Part shown: piece by piece, positions 25,050-38,900 of the stretch | Layout of the letters: each line of letters starts with the position of its first letter | Numbering within the stretch: position 1 is the first letter of the stretch | Origin: Eledone cirrhosa | Taxonomy: Eukaryota | Direction: 5' to 3' | Length of the DNA stretch: 64,000 nucleotides | NCBI GenBank assembly: GCA_964016885.1 | Contig: OZ024748.1 | Coordinates: 37,758,001 to 37,822,000, forward strand | The notes under the pieces: model-generated | What the model was told of the DNA's origin: nothing | The model's input: the letters and a program-made list of their open reading frames with translations, nothing else | Database searches by the model: none | Program-made: the position numbers and the translations under genes

Positions 25050-28000
25050 AGAAGGAAAAATATAAACAATGTTGCGAAGGAGGTAAGTGTTGTGATTAAA
25101 AAGAAGGAAAAATATAAAGAATGTTACGAAGGAGGAAAGCGTTGTGATTAAAAAGAAGGAAAAATATAAAGAATGTTGCGAAGGAGGTAAGTGTTGTGAT
25201 TAAAAAGAAGGAAAATATAAAGAATGTTACGAAGGAGGTAAGTGTTGTGATTAAAAAGAAGAAAAAATATAAAGAAATTTACGAAGGATATAAGAGTAGT
25301 GATTAAAAAGAAGGAAAACTATAAAGAATATTGCGAAAGAGGTAAGTGTTGTGATTAAAAAGAAGGAAAAATATAAAGAATGTTGCGAAGGAGGTAAGAG
25401 TGTTGATTAAAAAGAAGGAAAAATAGAAAGAATGTTGTGAAAGAGGTAAGAGTTGTGATTAAAAAGAACGAAAAATATAAAGAATGTTGCGAAGGAGGTA
25501 AGTGTTGAGATTAAAAAGAAGGAAAAATATAAAGAATGTTGCGAAGGAGGTAAGAGTTGTGATTAAAAAGAAGGGAAAATATAAAGAATGTTGCGAAAGA
25601 GGTAAGTGTTGTGATTAAAAATGAGGAAAAATATAAAGAATGTGGCGAAGTATGTAAGAGTGTTGATTAAAAAGAAGGAAAAATATAAAGAATGTTGCGA
25701 AGGGGGTAAGTGTTGTGTTTAAAAAAAGGAAAAATATAAAGAAATTTACGAAGGAGGTAAGAGTGGTCATATAAAAAGAAGGAAAAATATATAGAATATT
25801 GCGAAAGAGGTAAGTGTTGTGATTAAAAAGAAAGAAAAATATAAAGAATGTTGCGAAGTAGGTAAGAGTGTTGATTAAAAAGAAGGAAAAATATAAAGAA
25901 TGTTGCGAAGGAGGCAGTGTTGTGATTAAAAATAAGGAAAAATTTAAAGAATGTTGCGAAGGAGGTAAGTGTTGTGATTAAAAAGAAGGAAAAATATAAA
26001 GAATGTTACGAAGGAGGTAAGTATTGTGATTAAAAAGAAGGAAAAATATAAAGAATGTTGCGAAGGAGGTAAGTGTTGTGATTAAAAAGAAGGAAAAATA
26101 TAAAGAATGTTACGAAGGAGGAAAGCGTTGTGATTAAAAAGAAGGAAAAATATAAAGAATGTTGCGAAGGAGGTAAGTGTTGTGATTAAAAAGAAGGAAA
26201 ATATAAAGAATGTTACGAAGGAGGTAAGTGTTGTGATTAAAAAGAAGAAAAAATATAAAGAAATTTACGAAGGATATAAGAGTAGTGATTAAAAAGAAGG
26301 AAAACTATAAAGAATATTGCGAAAGAGGTAAGTGTTGTGATTAAAAAGAAGGAAAAATATAAAGAATGTTGCGAAGGAGGTAAGAGTGTTGATTAAAAAG
26401 AAGGAAAAATAGAAAGAATGTTGTGAAAGAGGTAAGAGTTGTGATTAAAAAGAAGGAAAAATATAAAGAATGTTGCGAAGGAGGTAAGTGTTGAGATTAA
26501 AAAGAAGGAAAAATATAAAGAATGTTGCGAAGGAGGTAAGAGTTGTGATTAAAAAGAAGGGAAAATATAAAGAATGTTGCGAAAGAGGTAAGTGTTGTGA
26601 TTAAAAATGAGGAAAAATATAAAGAATGTGGCGAAGTATGTAAGAGTGTTGATTAAAAAGAAGGAAAAATATAAAGAATGTTGCGAAGGGGGTAAGTGTT
26701 GTGTTTAAAAAAAGGAAAAATATAAAGAAATTTACGAAGGAGGTAAGAGTGGTCATATAAAAAGAAGGAAAAATATATAGAATATTGCGAAAGAGGTAAG
26801 TGTTGTGATTAAAAAGAAAGAAAAATATAAAGAATGTTGCGAAGTAGGTAAGAGTGTTGATTAAAAAGAAGGAAAAATATAAAGAATGTTGCGAAGGAGG
26901 CAGTGTTGTGATTAAAAATAAGGAAAAATTTAAAGAATGTTGCGAAGGAGGTAAGTGTTGTGATTAAAAAGAAGGAAAAATATAAAGAATGTTACGAAGG
27001 AGGTAAGTATTGTGATTAAAAAGAAAGACAAATATGAAGAATGTTGCAAAGGAGGTAAATGTTGTGATTAAAATGAATGAAAAATATAAAGAATGTTGCG
27101 AAGGAGGTAACAGTTGTGATTAGAAAGAAGGAAAAATATAAAGAATGTTGCGAAGGAGGGAAGAGTGCTGATTAAAAACAAGGAAAAATATAAAGAATGT
27201 TGCGAAGGAGGTAAGAGTTGTGATTAAAAACAAGGAAAAATATAAAAAATGTTGCGAAGGAGGTAAGAGTTGTGATTAAAAAGAAGGGAAAATATAAAGA
27301 ATGTTGCGAAAGAGGTAAGTTTTGTGATTAAAAATGAGGAAAAATATAAAGAATGTTGCGAAGGAGGTAAGAGTGTTGATTAAAAAGAAGGAAAAATATA
27401 AAGAATGTTGCGAAGGAGGTAAGTGTTGTGATTAAAAAGAAGGAAAAATATAAAGAATGTTACGAAGGAGGAAAGCGTTGTGATTAAAAAGAAGGAAAAA
27501 TATAAAGAATGTTGCGAAGGAGGTAAGTGTTGTGATTAAAAAGAAGGAAAATATAAAGAATGTTACGAAGGAGGTAAGTGTTGTGATTAAAAAGAAGAAA
27601 AAATATAAAGAAATTTACGAAGGATATAAGAGTAGTGATTAAAAAGAAGGAAAACTATAAAGAATATTGCGAAAGAGGTAAGTGTTGTGATTAAAAAGAA
27701 GGAAAAATATAAAGAATGTTGCGAAGGAGGTAAGAGTGTTGATTAAAAAGAAGGAAAAATAGAAAGAATGTTGTGAAAGAGGTAAGAGTTGTGATTAAAA
27801 AGAAGGAAAAATATAAAGAATGTTGCGAAGGAGGTAAGTGTTGAGATTAAAAAGAAGGAAAAATATAAAGAATGTTGCGAAGGAGGTAAGAGTTGTGATT
27901 AAAAAGAAGGGAAAATATAAAGAATGTTGCGAAAGAGGTAAGTGTTGTGATTAAAAATGAGGAAAAATATAAAGAATGTGGCGAAGTATGTAAGAGTGTT

Positions 28001-31000
28001 GATTAAAAAGAAGGAAAAATATAAAGAATGTTGCGAAGGGGGTAAGTGTTGTGTTTAAAAAAAGGAAAAATATAAAGAAATTTACGAAGGAGGTAAGATT
28101 GGTCATATAAAAAGAAGGAAAAATATATAGAATATTGCGAAAGAGGTAAGTGTTGTGATTAAAAAGAAAGAAAAATATAAAGAATGTTGCGAAGTAGGTA
28201 AGAGTGTTGATTAAAAAGAAGGAAAAATATAAAGAATGTTGCGAAGGAGGCAGTGTTGTGATTAAAAATAAGGAAAAATTTAAAGAATGTTGCGAAGGAG
28301 GTAAGAGTTGTGATTAAAAAGAAGAGAAAATATAAAGAATGTTGCGAAAGAGGTAAGTGTTGTGATTAAAAGGAAGGGAAAATATAAAGAATGTTGTGAA
28401 GGAGGTAAGTGTTGTGATTAAAAAGAAGGAAAAACATAAAGAATGCTGCGAAGGAGGTAAGTGTTGTGATTAAAAGGAAGGGAAAATATAAAGAAAGTTG
28501 CCAAGGAGGTAAGGGTGGTGCTTAAAAAGAAAAAAAAATATAAAGAATGTTGCGAAGGAGGAAAGAGTGGTGATTAAAAAAAAAGAAAAATATAAAGAAT
28601 GTTGCGAAGGAGGAAAGTGTTGTGATTAAAAAGAAGGACAAATATAAAGAATATTGCGAAGGAGGTAAGTGTTGTGATTAAAAGGAAGGAAAAATATAAA
28701 GAATGTTGCGAAGGAGGTAATTGTTGCAATTAAAAAGAAAGACAAATAGAAAGAATGTTGCGAAGGAGGGAAGTGTTGTGAATAAAAAGAAGGAAAAATA
28801 TAAAGAATCCTACAAAGGAGGTAAGAGTTGTGTTTAAAAAGAAGGAAACATTTAAAGAATGTTGCGAAGGAGGTAAGTGTTGTGATTAAAAAGAAGGAAA
28901 AATATAAAGAATGTTACGAAGGAGGTAAGTATTGTGATTAAAAAGAAAGACAAATATGAAGAATGTTGCAAAGGAGGTAAATGTTGTGATTAAAATGAAT
29001 GAAAAATATAAAGAATGTTGCGAAGGAGGTAACAGTTGTGATTAGAAAGAAGGAAAAATATAAAGAATGTTGCGAAGGAGGGAAGAGTGCTGATTAAAAA
29101 CAAGGAAAAATATAAAGAATGTTGCGAAGGAGGTAAGAGTTGTGATTAAAAACAAGGAAAAATATAAAAAATGTTGCGAAGGAGGTAAGAGTTGTGATTA
29201 AAAAGAAGGGAAAATATAAAGAATGTTGCGAAAGAGGTAAGTTTTGTGATTAAAAATGAGGAAAAATATAAAGAATGTTGCGAAGGAGGTAAGAGTGTTG
29301 ATTAAAAACAAGGAAAAATATAAAGAATGTTGCGAAGGAGGTAAGTGTTGTGATTAAAAAGAAGGAAAAATATAAAGAATGTTACGAAGGAGGAAAGCGT
29401 TGTGATTAAAAAGAAGGAAAAATATAAAGAATGTTGCGAAGGAGGTAAGTGTTGTGATTAAAAAGAAGGAAAATATAAAGAATGTTACGAAGGAGGTAAG
29501 TGTTGTGATTAAAAAGAAGAAAAAATATAAAGAAATTTACGAAGGAGATAAGAGTAGTGATTAAAAAGAAGGAAAACTATAAAGAATATTGCGAAAGAGG
29601 TAAGTGTTGTGATTAAAAAGAAGGAAAAATATAAAGAATGTTGCGAAGGAGGTAAGAGTGTTGATTAAAAAGAAGGAAAAATAGAAAGAATGTTGTGAAA
29701 GAGGTAAGAGTTGTGATTAAAAAGAAGGAAAAATATAAAGAATGTTGCGAAGGAGGTAAGTGTTGAGATTAAAAAGAAGGAAAAATATAAAGAATGTTGC
29801 GAAGGAGGTAAGAGTTGTGATTAAAAAGAAGGGAAAATATAAAGAATGTTGCGAAAGAGGTAAGTGTTGTGATTAAAAATGAGGAAAAATATAAAGAATG
29901 TGGCGAAGTATGTAAGAGTGTTGATTAAAAAGAAGGAAAAATATAAAGAATGTTGCGAAGGGGGTAAGTGTTGTGTTTAAAAAAAGGAAAAATATAAAGA
30001 AATTTACGAAGGAGGTAAGATTGGTCATATAAAAAGAAGGAAAAATATATAGAATATTGCGAAAGAGGTAAGTGTTGTGATTAAAAAGAAAGAAAAATAT
30101 AAAGAATGTTGCGAAGTAGGTAAGAGTGTTGATTAAAAAGAAGGAAAAATATAAAGAATGTTGCGAAGGAGGCAGTGTTGTGATTAAAAATAAGGAAAAA
30201 TTTAAAGAATGTTGCGAAGGAGGTAAGAGTTGTGATTAAAAAGAAGAGAAAATATAAAGAATGTTGCGAAAGAGGTAAGTGTTGTGATTAAAAGGAAGGG
30301 AAAATATAAAGAATGTTGTGAAGGAGGTAAGTGTTGTGATTAAAAAGAAGGAAAAACATAAAGAATGCTGCGAAGGAGGTAAGTGTTGTGATTAAAAGGA
30401 AGGGAAAATATAAAGAAAGTTGCCAAGGAGGTAAGGGTGGTGCTTAAAAAGAAAAAAAAATATAAAGAATGTTGCGAAGGAGGAAAGAGTGGTGATTAAA
30501 AAAAAAGAAAAATATAAAGAATGTTGCGAAGGAGGAAAGTGTTGTGATTAAAAAGAAGGACAAATATAAAGAATATTGCGAAGGAGGTAAGTGTTGTGAT
30601 TAAAAGGAAGGAAAAATATAAAGAATGTTGCGAAGGAGGTAATTGTTGCAATTAAAAAGAAAGACAAATAGAAAGAATGTTGCGAAGGAGGGAAGTGTTG
30701 TGAATAAAAAGAAGGAAAAATATAAAGAATCCTACAAAGGAGGTAAGAGTTGTGTTTAAAAAGAAGGAAACATTTAAAGAATGTTGCGAAGGAGGTAAGT
30801 GTTGTGATTAAAAAGAAGGAAAAATATAAAGAATGTTACGAAGGAGGTAAGTATTGTGATTAAAAAGAAAGACAAATATGAAGAATGTTGCAAAGGAGGT
30901 AAATGTTGTGATTAAAATGAATGAAAAATATAAAGAATGTTGCGAAGGAGGTAACAGTTGTGATTAGAAAGAAGGAAAAATATAAAGAATGTTGCGAAGG

Positions 31001-31090
31001 AGGGAAGAGTGCTGATTAAAAACAAGGAAAAATATAAAGAATGTTGCGAAGGAGGTAAGAGTTGTGATTAAAAACAAGGAAAAATATAGA
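25050..31090. repeat. Local HOR family with nested lengths of 19, 26 and 37 monomers (986, 1350, 1922 bp)
   Basis: TGTGGCGAAGTATG at 25641, 26627, 27977, 29899. GTTGCCAAGG at ~28501 and ~30423, and GAATCCTAC at 28809 and 30731 (both 1922). Confidence 0.9.
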
Positions 31091-32929
31091 GAATGTTGCG
31101 AAGGAGGTAAGAGTTGTGATTAAAAAGAAGAGAAAATATAAAGAATGTTGCGAAAGAGGTAATTGTTGTGATTAAAAAGAAGGAAAAATATAGAGAATGT
31201 TGCAAAGTCGGTAAGAGTGTTGATTAAAAAGAAGGAAAAATATAAAGAATGTTGCGAAGGAGGTAAGTGTTGTGATTAAAAAGAAGGAAAAATATAAAGA
31301 ATGTTACGAAGGAGTAAGAGTTGTGATTAAAAAGATGGAAAAATATAAAGAAATTTACGAAGGAGGTAGGCGTGGTGATTAAATAGAATGTAAACTATAA
31401 AGAATATTGTGAAGGAGGTATGTGTTGTGTTTAAAAAGAAGGAAAAATATAAAGAAATTTACGAAGGAGGTAACAGTGGTGATATAAAAAGAACGAAAAA
31501 TATAAAGAATATTGCGAAAGAGGTAAGTGTTGTGATTAAAAAGAAGGAGAAATATAAAGAATGTTACGAAGGAGGTAAGAGTTGTGATTAAAAAGAAGAA
31601 AAAGTATAAAGAATGTTGCGAAGGAGGTAGTGTTGTGATTAAAAAGAAGGAAAAATATAAAAATTGTTTCGAAAGAGGTAAGTGTTGTGATTAAAAAGAA
31701 GAAAAATATAAAGAATGTTGCGAAGGAGGTAAGTGTTGTGATTAAAAATAAGGAAAAATATAAAGAATGTTGCGAAGGAGGTAAGAGTTGTGATTAAAAA
31801 GAAGGCATAATATAAAGAATGTTGCGAAGGAGGTAAGTGTTGTGATTAAAAGGAAGGAAAAATATAGAGAATGTTGCGAAGGAGGTAAGTGTTGTGATTA
31901 AAAAGAAGGAAAAATATAAGGAATGTTGCGAAGGGGGTAAGAGTTGTGATTAAAAAGAAAGAAAATTATTTAGAATGTTGCGAAGGAGGTAAGAGTGGTG
32001 ATTAAAAAGAAGGAAAAATATAAAGAATGTTCAGAAGGAGGTAAGTGTTGTGATTAAAAAGAAGGAAAAATATAAAGAATGTTGCGAAGGAGGTAAGAGT
32101 TGTGATTAAAAAGAAGAGAAAATATAAAGAATGTTGCGAAAGAGGTAAGTGTTGTGATTAAAAAGAAGGAAAAATATAAAGAATGTTGCGAAGTCGGTAA
32201 GAGTGTTGATTAAAAAGAAGGAAAAATATAAAGAATGTTACGAAGGAGGTAAGAGTTGTGATTAAAAAGAAGAAAAAGTATAAAGAATGTTGCGCAGGAG
32301 GTAGTGTTGTGATTAAAAAGAAGGAAAAGTATAAATAACGTTGCGAAGGAGGTAAGTGTTGTGATTAAAAGGAAGGGAAAATATAAAGAATGTTGCGAAG
32401 GAGGTAAGAGTTGCGCTTAAAAAGAAGGAAAAATATAAAAAATGTTGCGAAGGAGGTAAGTGTTGTGATTAAAAAGAAGGAAAATTATAAAGAACGTTGC
32501 GAAGGAGGTAAGTGTTGTGATTAAAAGGAAGGGAAAATATAAACTATGTTGCGAAGGAGGTAAGAGTTGTGCTTATAAAGAAGGAAAAATATAAAAAATG
32601 TTGCGAAGGAGGTCAGTGTTGTGATTAAAAGGAAGGGAAAATATAAAGAATGTTGCGAAGGAGGTAAGTGTTGTGATTAAAAAAAGGAAAAATATACAGA
32701 ATGTTGCGAAGGAGGTAAGTGTTGTGATTAAAAAGAATGAAAAATATAAAGAATGTTGCGAAGGAGGAAAGTGTTGTGATTAGAAAGAAGGATAAATATA
32801 AAAAATGTTGCGAATAAGGTAATTGTTGCAATTAAAAAGAAAGACAAATATAAAGAATGTTGCGAAGGAGGTAAGAGTTGTGATTAAAAAGAAGGAAAAT
32901 ATAAAGAATGTTGCGAAGGAGGTAAGAGT

Positions 32930-35900
32930 TGTGATTAAAAAGAATGAAAAACATAAAGAAACTTACGAAGGAGGTAAGAGTTGTGATTAAAAAGAAGGAA
33001 AAATATAAAGAATGTTGCGAAGGAGGTAAGTGATGTGATTAAAAAGAAGGAAAATTATAAAGAATGTTGCGAAGGAGGTAATTGTTGTGATTAAAAAGAT
33101 GGAAAAATATAAAGAATGTTACGAAGGAGGTAACAGTGGTGATTAAAGAGAAGGAAAAATATAAAAATTGTTGCGAAGGAGGTAAGTGTTGTGATTAAAA
33201 AGAAGAAAAAATATAAAGAATGTTGCGAAGGAGGTAAGTGTTGTGATTAAAAATAAGGAAAAATATAAAGAATGTTGCGAAGGAGGTAAGAGTTGTGATT
33301 AAAAAGAAGGAATAATATAAAGAATGTTCCGAAGGATGTAAGTGTTGTGATTAAAAAGAAGGAAAAATATAGAGAATGTTGCGAAGGAGGCAAGTGTTGT
33401 GATTAAAAAGAAGGAAAAAAAATATAAAGAATGTTGCGAGAGGGGTAAGTGTTGTGATTAAAAAGAAGTAAAAGTATAAAGAATGTTGCGAAGTAGGTAA
33501 GAGTGTTGATTAAAAAGAAGGAAAATTATAAAGAATGTTGCGAAGGAGGTAACTGTTGTGATTAAAATGAAGGAAAAATATAAAGAATGTTACGAAGGAG
33601 GTAAGAGTTGTGATTAAAAAGAAGGAAAAATATAAAGAAATTTACGAAGGACGTAAGCGTGGTGATTAAAAAGAAGGTAAACTATAGAGAATGTTACGAA
33701 GGAGGTAAGTGTTGTGATTAAAAAGAAGGATAAATATAAGGAAATTTACGAAGGAGGTAAGAGTGGTGATTAAAAAGAAGGTAAACTATAGAGAATGTTA
33801 CGAAGGAGGTAACTGTTGTGATTAAAAAGAAGGAAAAATATAAAGAATGTTGCGAAGGAGGTCAGTGTTGTGATTAAAAGGAAGGGAAAATATAAAGAAT
33901 GTTGCGAAGGAGGTAAGTATTGTGATTAAAAATAAGGAAAAACATAAAGAATGTTGCGAAGGAGGTAAGAGTTGTGATTAAAAAGAAGGAATAATATAAA
34001 GAATGTTGCAAAGGAGGTAAGTGTTGTGATTAAAATGAAGGAAAAATATAGAGAATGTTGCGAAGGAGGTAAGTGTTGTGATTAAAAAGAAGGAAAAATA
34101 TAAAGAATGTTGCGAAGTAGGTAAGAGTATTGATTAAAAAGAAGGAAAAATATAAAGAATGTTGCGAAGGAGGTAAGTGTTGTGATTAAAAAAAAGGAAA
34201 AATATACAGAATGTTACGAAGCAGGTAAGTGTTGCGATTTAAAAGAATGAAAAATATAAAGAATGTTGCGAAGGAGGAAAGTGGTGTGATTAAAAAGAAG
34301 GATAAATATAAAGAATGTTGCGAAGGAGGTAAGAGTTGTGATTAAAAAGAAGGAAAAATATAAAGAATGTTGCGAAGGAGGTAAGTGTTGTGATTAAAAA
34401 GAAGGAAAAATATAAAGAATGTTACGAAGGAGGTAAGAGTGGTGATTAAAAAGAAGGAAAAATATAAAGAATGTTGCGAAGGAGGTAAGTGTTGAGATTA
34501 AAAAGGAGGAAAAATATAAAAAATGTTGCGAAGTAGGTAAGAGTTGTGATTAAAAAGAAGAGAAAATATAAAGAATGTTGCGAAAGAGGTAAGTGTTGTG
34601 ATTAAAAAGAAGGAAAAATATAAAGAATGTTGCGAAGTAGGTAAGAGTGTTGATTAAAAAGAAGGAAAAATATAAAGAATGTTGCGAAGGAGGTAAGTGT
34701 TGTGATTAAAAAGAAGGAAAAATATAAAGAATGTTACGAAGGAGGTAAGAGTTGTGATTAAAAAGAAGGAAAAATATAAAGAAATTTACGAAGGAGGTAA
34801 GCGTGGTGATTAAAAAGAAGGTAAACTATAAGAATATCGTGAAGGAGGTAAGTGTTGTGTTTAAAAAGAAGGAAATATATAAAGGAATTTACGAAGGAGG
34901 TTAGAGTGGTGATATAAAAAGAAGGAAAAATATAAAGAATATTGCGAAAGAGGTAAGTGCTGTGATTAAAAAGAAGAAAAAGTATAAAGAATGTTGCGAA
35001 GGAGGTAGTGTTGTGATTAAAAAGAAGGAAAAATATAAAGAATGTTACGAAGGAGGTAAGTGTTGTGATTAAAAGGAAGGATAAATATAAGGAAATTTAC
35101 GAAGGAGGTAAGAGTGGTGATTAAAAAGAAGGAAAAATATAAAAATTGTTGCGAAGGAGGTAAGTGTTGTGATTAAAAAGAAGGAAAAATATAAAGAATG
35201 TTGCGAAGGAGGCAAGTGTTGTGATTAAAAAGAAGGAAAAAAAAATATAAAGAATGTTGCGAGAGGGGTAAGTGTTGTGATTAAAAAGAAGTAAAAGTAT
35301 AAAGAATGTTGCGAAGTAGGTAAGAGTGTTGATTAAAAAGAAGGAAAATTATAAAGAATGTTGCGAAGGAGGTAACTGTTGTGATTAAAAAGAAGGAAAA
35401 ATATAAAGAATGTTACGAAGGAGGTAAGAGTTGTGATTAAAAAGAAGGAAAAATATAAAGAAATTTACGAAGGACGTAAGCGTGGTGATTAAAAAGAAGG
35501 TAAACTATAGAGAATGTTACGAAGGAGGTAAGTGTTGTGATTAAAAAGAAGGATAAATATAAGGAAATTTACGAAGGAGGTAAGAGTGGTGATTAAAAAG
35601 AAGGTAAACTATAGAGAATGTTACGAAGGAGGTAACTGTTGTGATTAAAAAGAAGGAAAAATATAAAGAATGTTGCGAAGGAGGTCAGTGTTGTGATTAA
35701 AAGGAAGGGAACATATAAAGAATGTTGCGAAGGAGGTAAGTATTGTGATTAAAAATAAGGAAAAACATAAAGAATGTTGCGAAGGAGGTAAGAGTTGTGA
35801 TTAAAAAGAATGAAAAACATAAAGAAACTTACGAAGGAGGTAAGAGTTGTGATTAAAAAGAAGGAAAAATATAAAGAATGTTGCGAAGGAGGTAAGTGAT

Positions 35901-38900
35901 GTGATTAAAAAGAAGGAAAATTATAAAGAATGTTGCGAAGGAGGTAATTGTTGTGATTAAAAAGATGGAAAAATATAAAGAATGTTACGAAGGAGGTAAC
36001 AGTGGTGATTAAAGAGAAGGAAAAATATAAAAATTGTTGCGAAGGAGGTAAGTGTTGTGATTAAAAAGAAGAAAAAATATAAAGAATGTTGCGAAGGAGG
36101 TAAGTGTTGTGATTAAAAATAAGGAAAAATATAAAGAATGTTGCGAAGGAGGTAAGAGTTGTGATTAAAAAGAAGGAATAATATAAAGAATGTTCCGAAG
36201 GATGTAAGTGTTGTGATTAAAAAGAAGGAAAAATATAGAGAATGTTGCGAAGGAGGCAAGTGTTGTGATTAAAAAGAAGGAAAAAAAAATATAAAGAATG
36301 TTGCGAGAGGGGTAAGTGTTGTGATTAAAAAGAAGTAAAAGTATAAAGAATGTTGCGAAGTAGGTAAGAGTGTTGATTAAAAAGAAGGAAAATTATAAAG
36401 AATGTTGCGAAGGAGGTAACTGTTGTGATTAAAAAGAAGGAAAAATATAAAGAATGTTACGAAGGAGGTAAGAGTTGTGATTAAAAAGAAGGAAAAATAT
36501 AAAGAAATTTACGAAGGACGTAAGCGTGGTGATTAAAAAGAAGGTAAACTATAGAGAATGTTACGAAGGAGGTAAGTGTTGTGATTAAAAAGAAGGATAA
36601 ATATAAGGAAATTTACGAAGGAGGTAAGAGTGGTGATTAAAAAGAAGGTAAACTATAGAGAATGTTACGAAGGAGGTAACTGTTGTGATTAAAAAGAAGG
36701 AAAAATATAAAGAATGTTGCGAAGGAGGTCAGTGTTGTGATTAAAAGGAAGGGAAAATATAAAGAATGTTGCGAAGGAGGTAAGTATTGTGATTAAAAAT
36801 AAGGAAAAACATAAAGAATGTTGCGAAGGAGGTAAGAGTTGTGATTAAAAAGAAGGAATAATATAAAGAATGTTGCAAAGGAGGTAAGTGTTGTGATTAA
36901 AATGAAGGAAAAATATAGAGAATGTTGCGAAGGAGGTAAGTGTTGTGATTAAAAAGAAGGAAAAATATAAAGAATGTTGCGAAGTAGGTAAGAGTATTGA
37001 TTAAAAAGAAGGAAAAATATAAAGAATGTTGCGAAGGAGGTAAGTGTTGTGATTAAAAAAAAGGAAAAATATACAGAATGTTACGAAGCAGGTAAGTGTT
37101 GCGATTTAAAAGAATGAAAAATATAAAGAATGTTGCGAAGGAGGAAAGTGGTGTGATTAAAAAGAAGGATAAATATAAAGAATGTTGCGAAGGAGGTAAG
37201 AGTTGTGATTAAAAAGAAGGAAAAATATAAAGAATGTTGCGAAGGAGGTAAGTGTTGTGATTAAAAAGAAGGAAAAATATAAAGAATGTTACGAAGGAGG
37301 TAAGAGTGGTGATTAAAAAGAAGGAAAAATATAAAGAATGTTGCGAAGTAGGTAAGAGTTGTGATTAAAAAGAAGAGAAAATATAAAGAATGTTGCGAAA
37401 GAGGTAAGTGTTGTGATTAAAAAGAAGGAAAAATATAAAGAATGTTGCGAAGTAGGTAAGAGTGTTGATTAAAAAGAAGGAAAAATATAAAGAATGTTGC
37501 GAAGGAGGTAAGTGTTGTGATTAAAAAGAAGGAAAAATATAAAGAATGTTACGAAGGAGGTAAGAGTTGTGATTAAAAAGAAGGAAAAATATAAAGAAAT
37601 TTACGAAGGAGGTAAGCGTGGTGATTAAAAAGAAGGTAAACTATAAGAATATCGTGAAGGAGGTAAGTGTTGTGTTTAAAAAGAAGGAAATATATAAAGG
37701 AATTTACGAAGGAGGTTAGAGTGGTGATATAAAAAGAAGGAAAAATATAAAGAATATTGCGAAAGAGGTAAGTGCTGTGATTAAAAAGAAGAAAAAGTAT
37801 AAAGAATGTTGCGAAGGAGGTAGTGTTGTGATTAAAAAGAAGGAAAAATATAAAGAATGTTACGAAGGAGGTAAGTGTTGTGATTAAAAGGAAGGATAAA
37901 TATAAGGAAATTTACGAAGGAGGTAAGAGTGGTGATTAAAAAGAAGGAAAAATATAAAAATTGTTGCGAAGGAGGTAAGTGTTGTGATTAAAAAGAAGGA
38001 AAAATATAAAGAATGTTGCGAAGGAGGCAAGTGTTGTGATTAAAAAGAAGGAAAAAAAAATATAAAGAATGTTGCGAGAGGGGTAAGTGTTATGATTAAA
38101 AAGAAGTAAAAGTATAAAGAATGTTGCGAAGTAGGTAAGAGTGTTGATTAAAAAGAAGGAAAATTATAAAGAATGTTGCGAAGGAGGTAACTGTTGTGAT
38201 TAAAAAGAAGGAAAAATATAAAGAATGTTACGAAGGAGGTAAGAGTTGTGATTAAAAAGAAGGAAAAATATAAAGAAATTTACGAAGGACGTAAGCGTGG
38301 TGATTAAAAAGAAGGTAAACTATAGAGAATGTTACGAAGGAGGTAAGTGTTGTGATTAAAAAGAAGGATAAATATAAGGAAATTTACGAAGGAGGTAAGA
38401 GTGGTGATTAAAAAGAAGGTAAACTATAGAGAATGTTACGAAGGAGGTAACTGTTGTGATTAAAAAGAAGGAAAAATATAAAGAATGTTGCGAAGGAGGT
38501 CAGTGTTGTGATTAAAAGGAAGGGAAAATATAAAGAATGTTGCGAAGGAGGTAAGTATTGTGATTAAAAATAAGGAAAAACATAAAGAATGTTGCGAAGG
38601 AGGTAAGAGTTGTGATTAAAAAGAAGGAATAATATAAAGAATGTTGCAAAGGAGGTAAGTGTTGTGATTAAAATGAAGGAAAAATATAGAGAATGTTGCG
38701 AAGGAGGTAAGTGTTGTGATTAAAAAGAAGGAAAAATATAAAGAATGTTGCGAAGTAGGTAAGAGTATTGATTAAAAAGAAGGAAAAATATAAAGAATGT
38801 TGCGAAGGGGGTAAGTGTTGTGATTAAAAAAAAGGAAAAATATACAGAATGTTACGAAGCAGGTAAGTGTTGCGATTTAAAAGAATGAAAAATATAAAGA

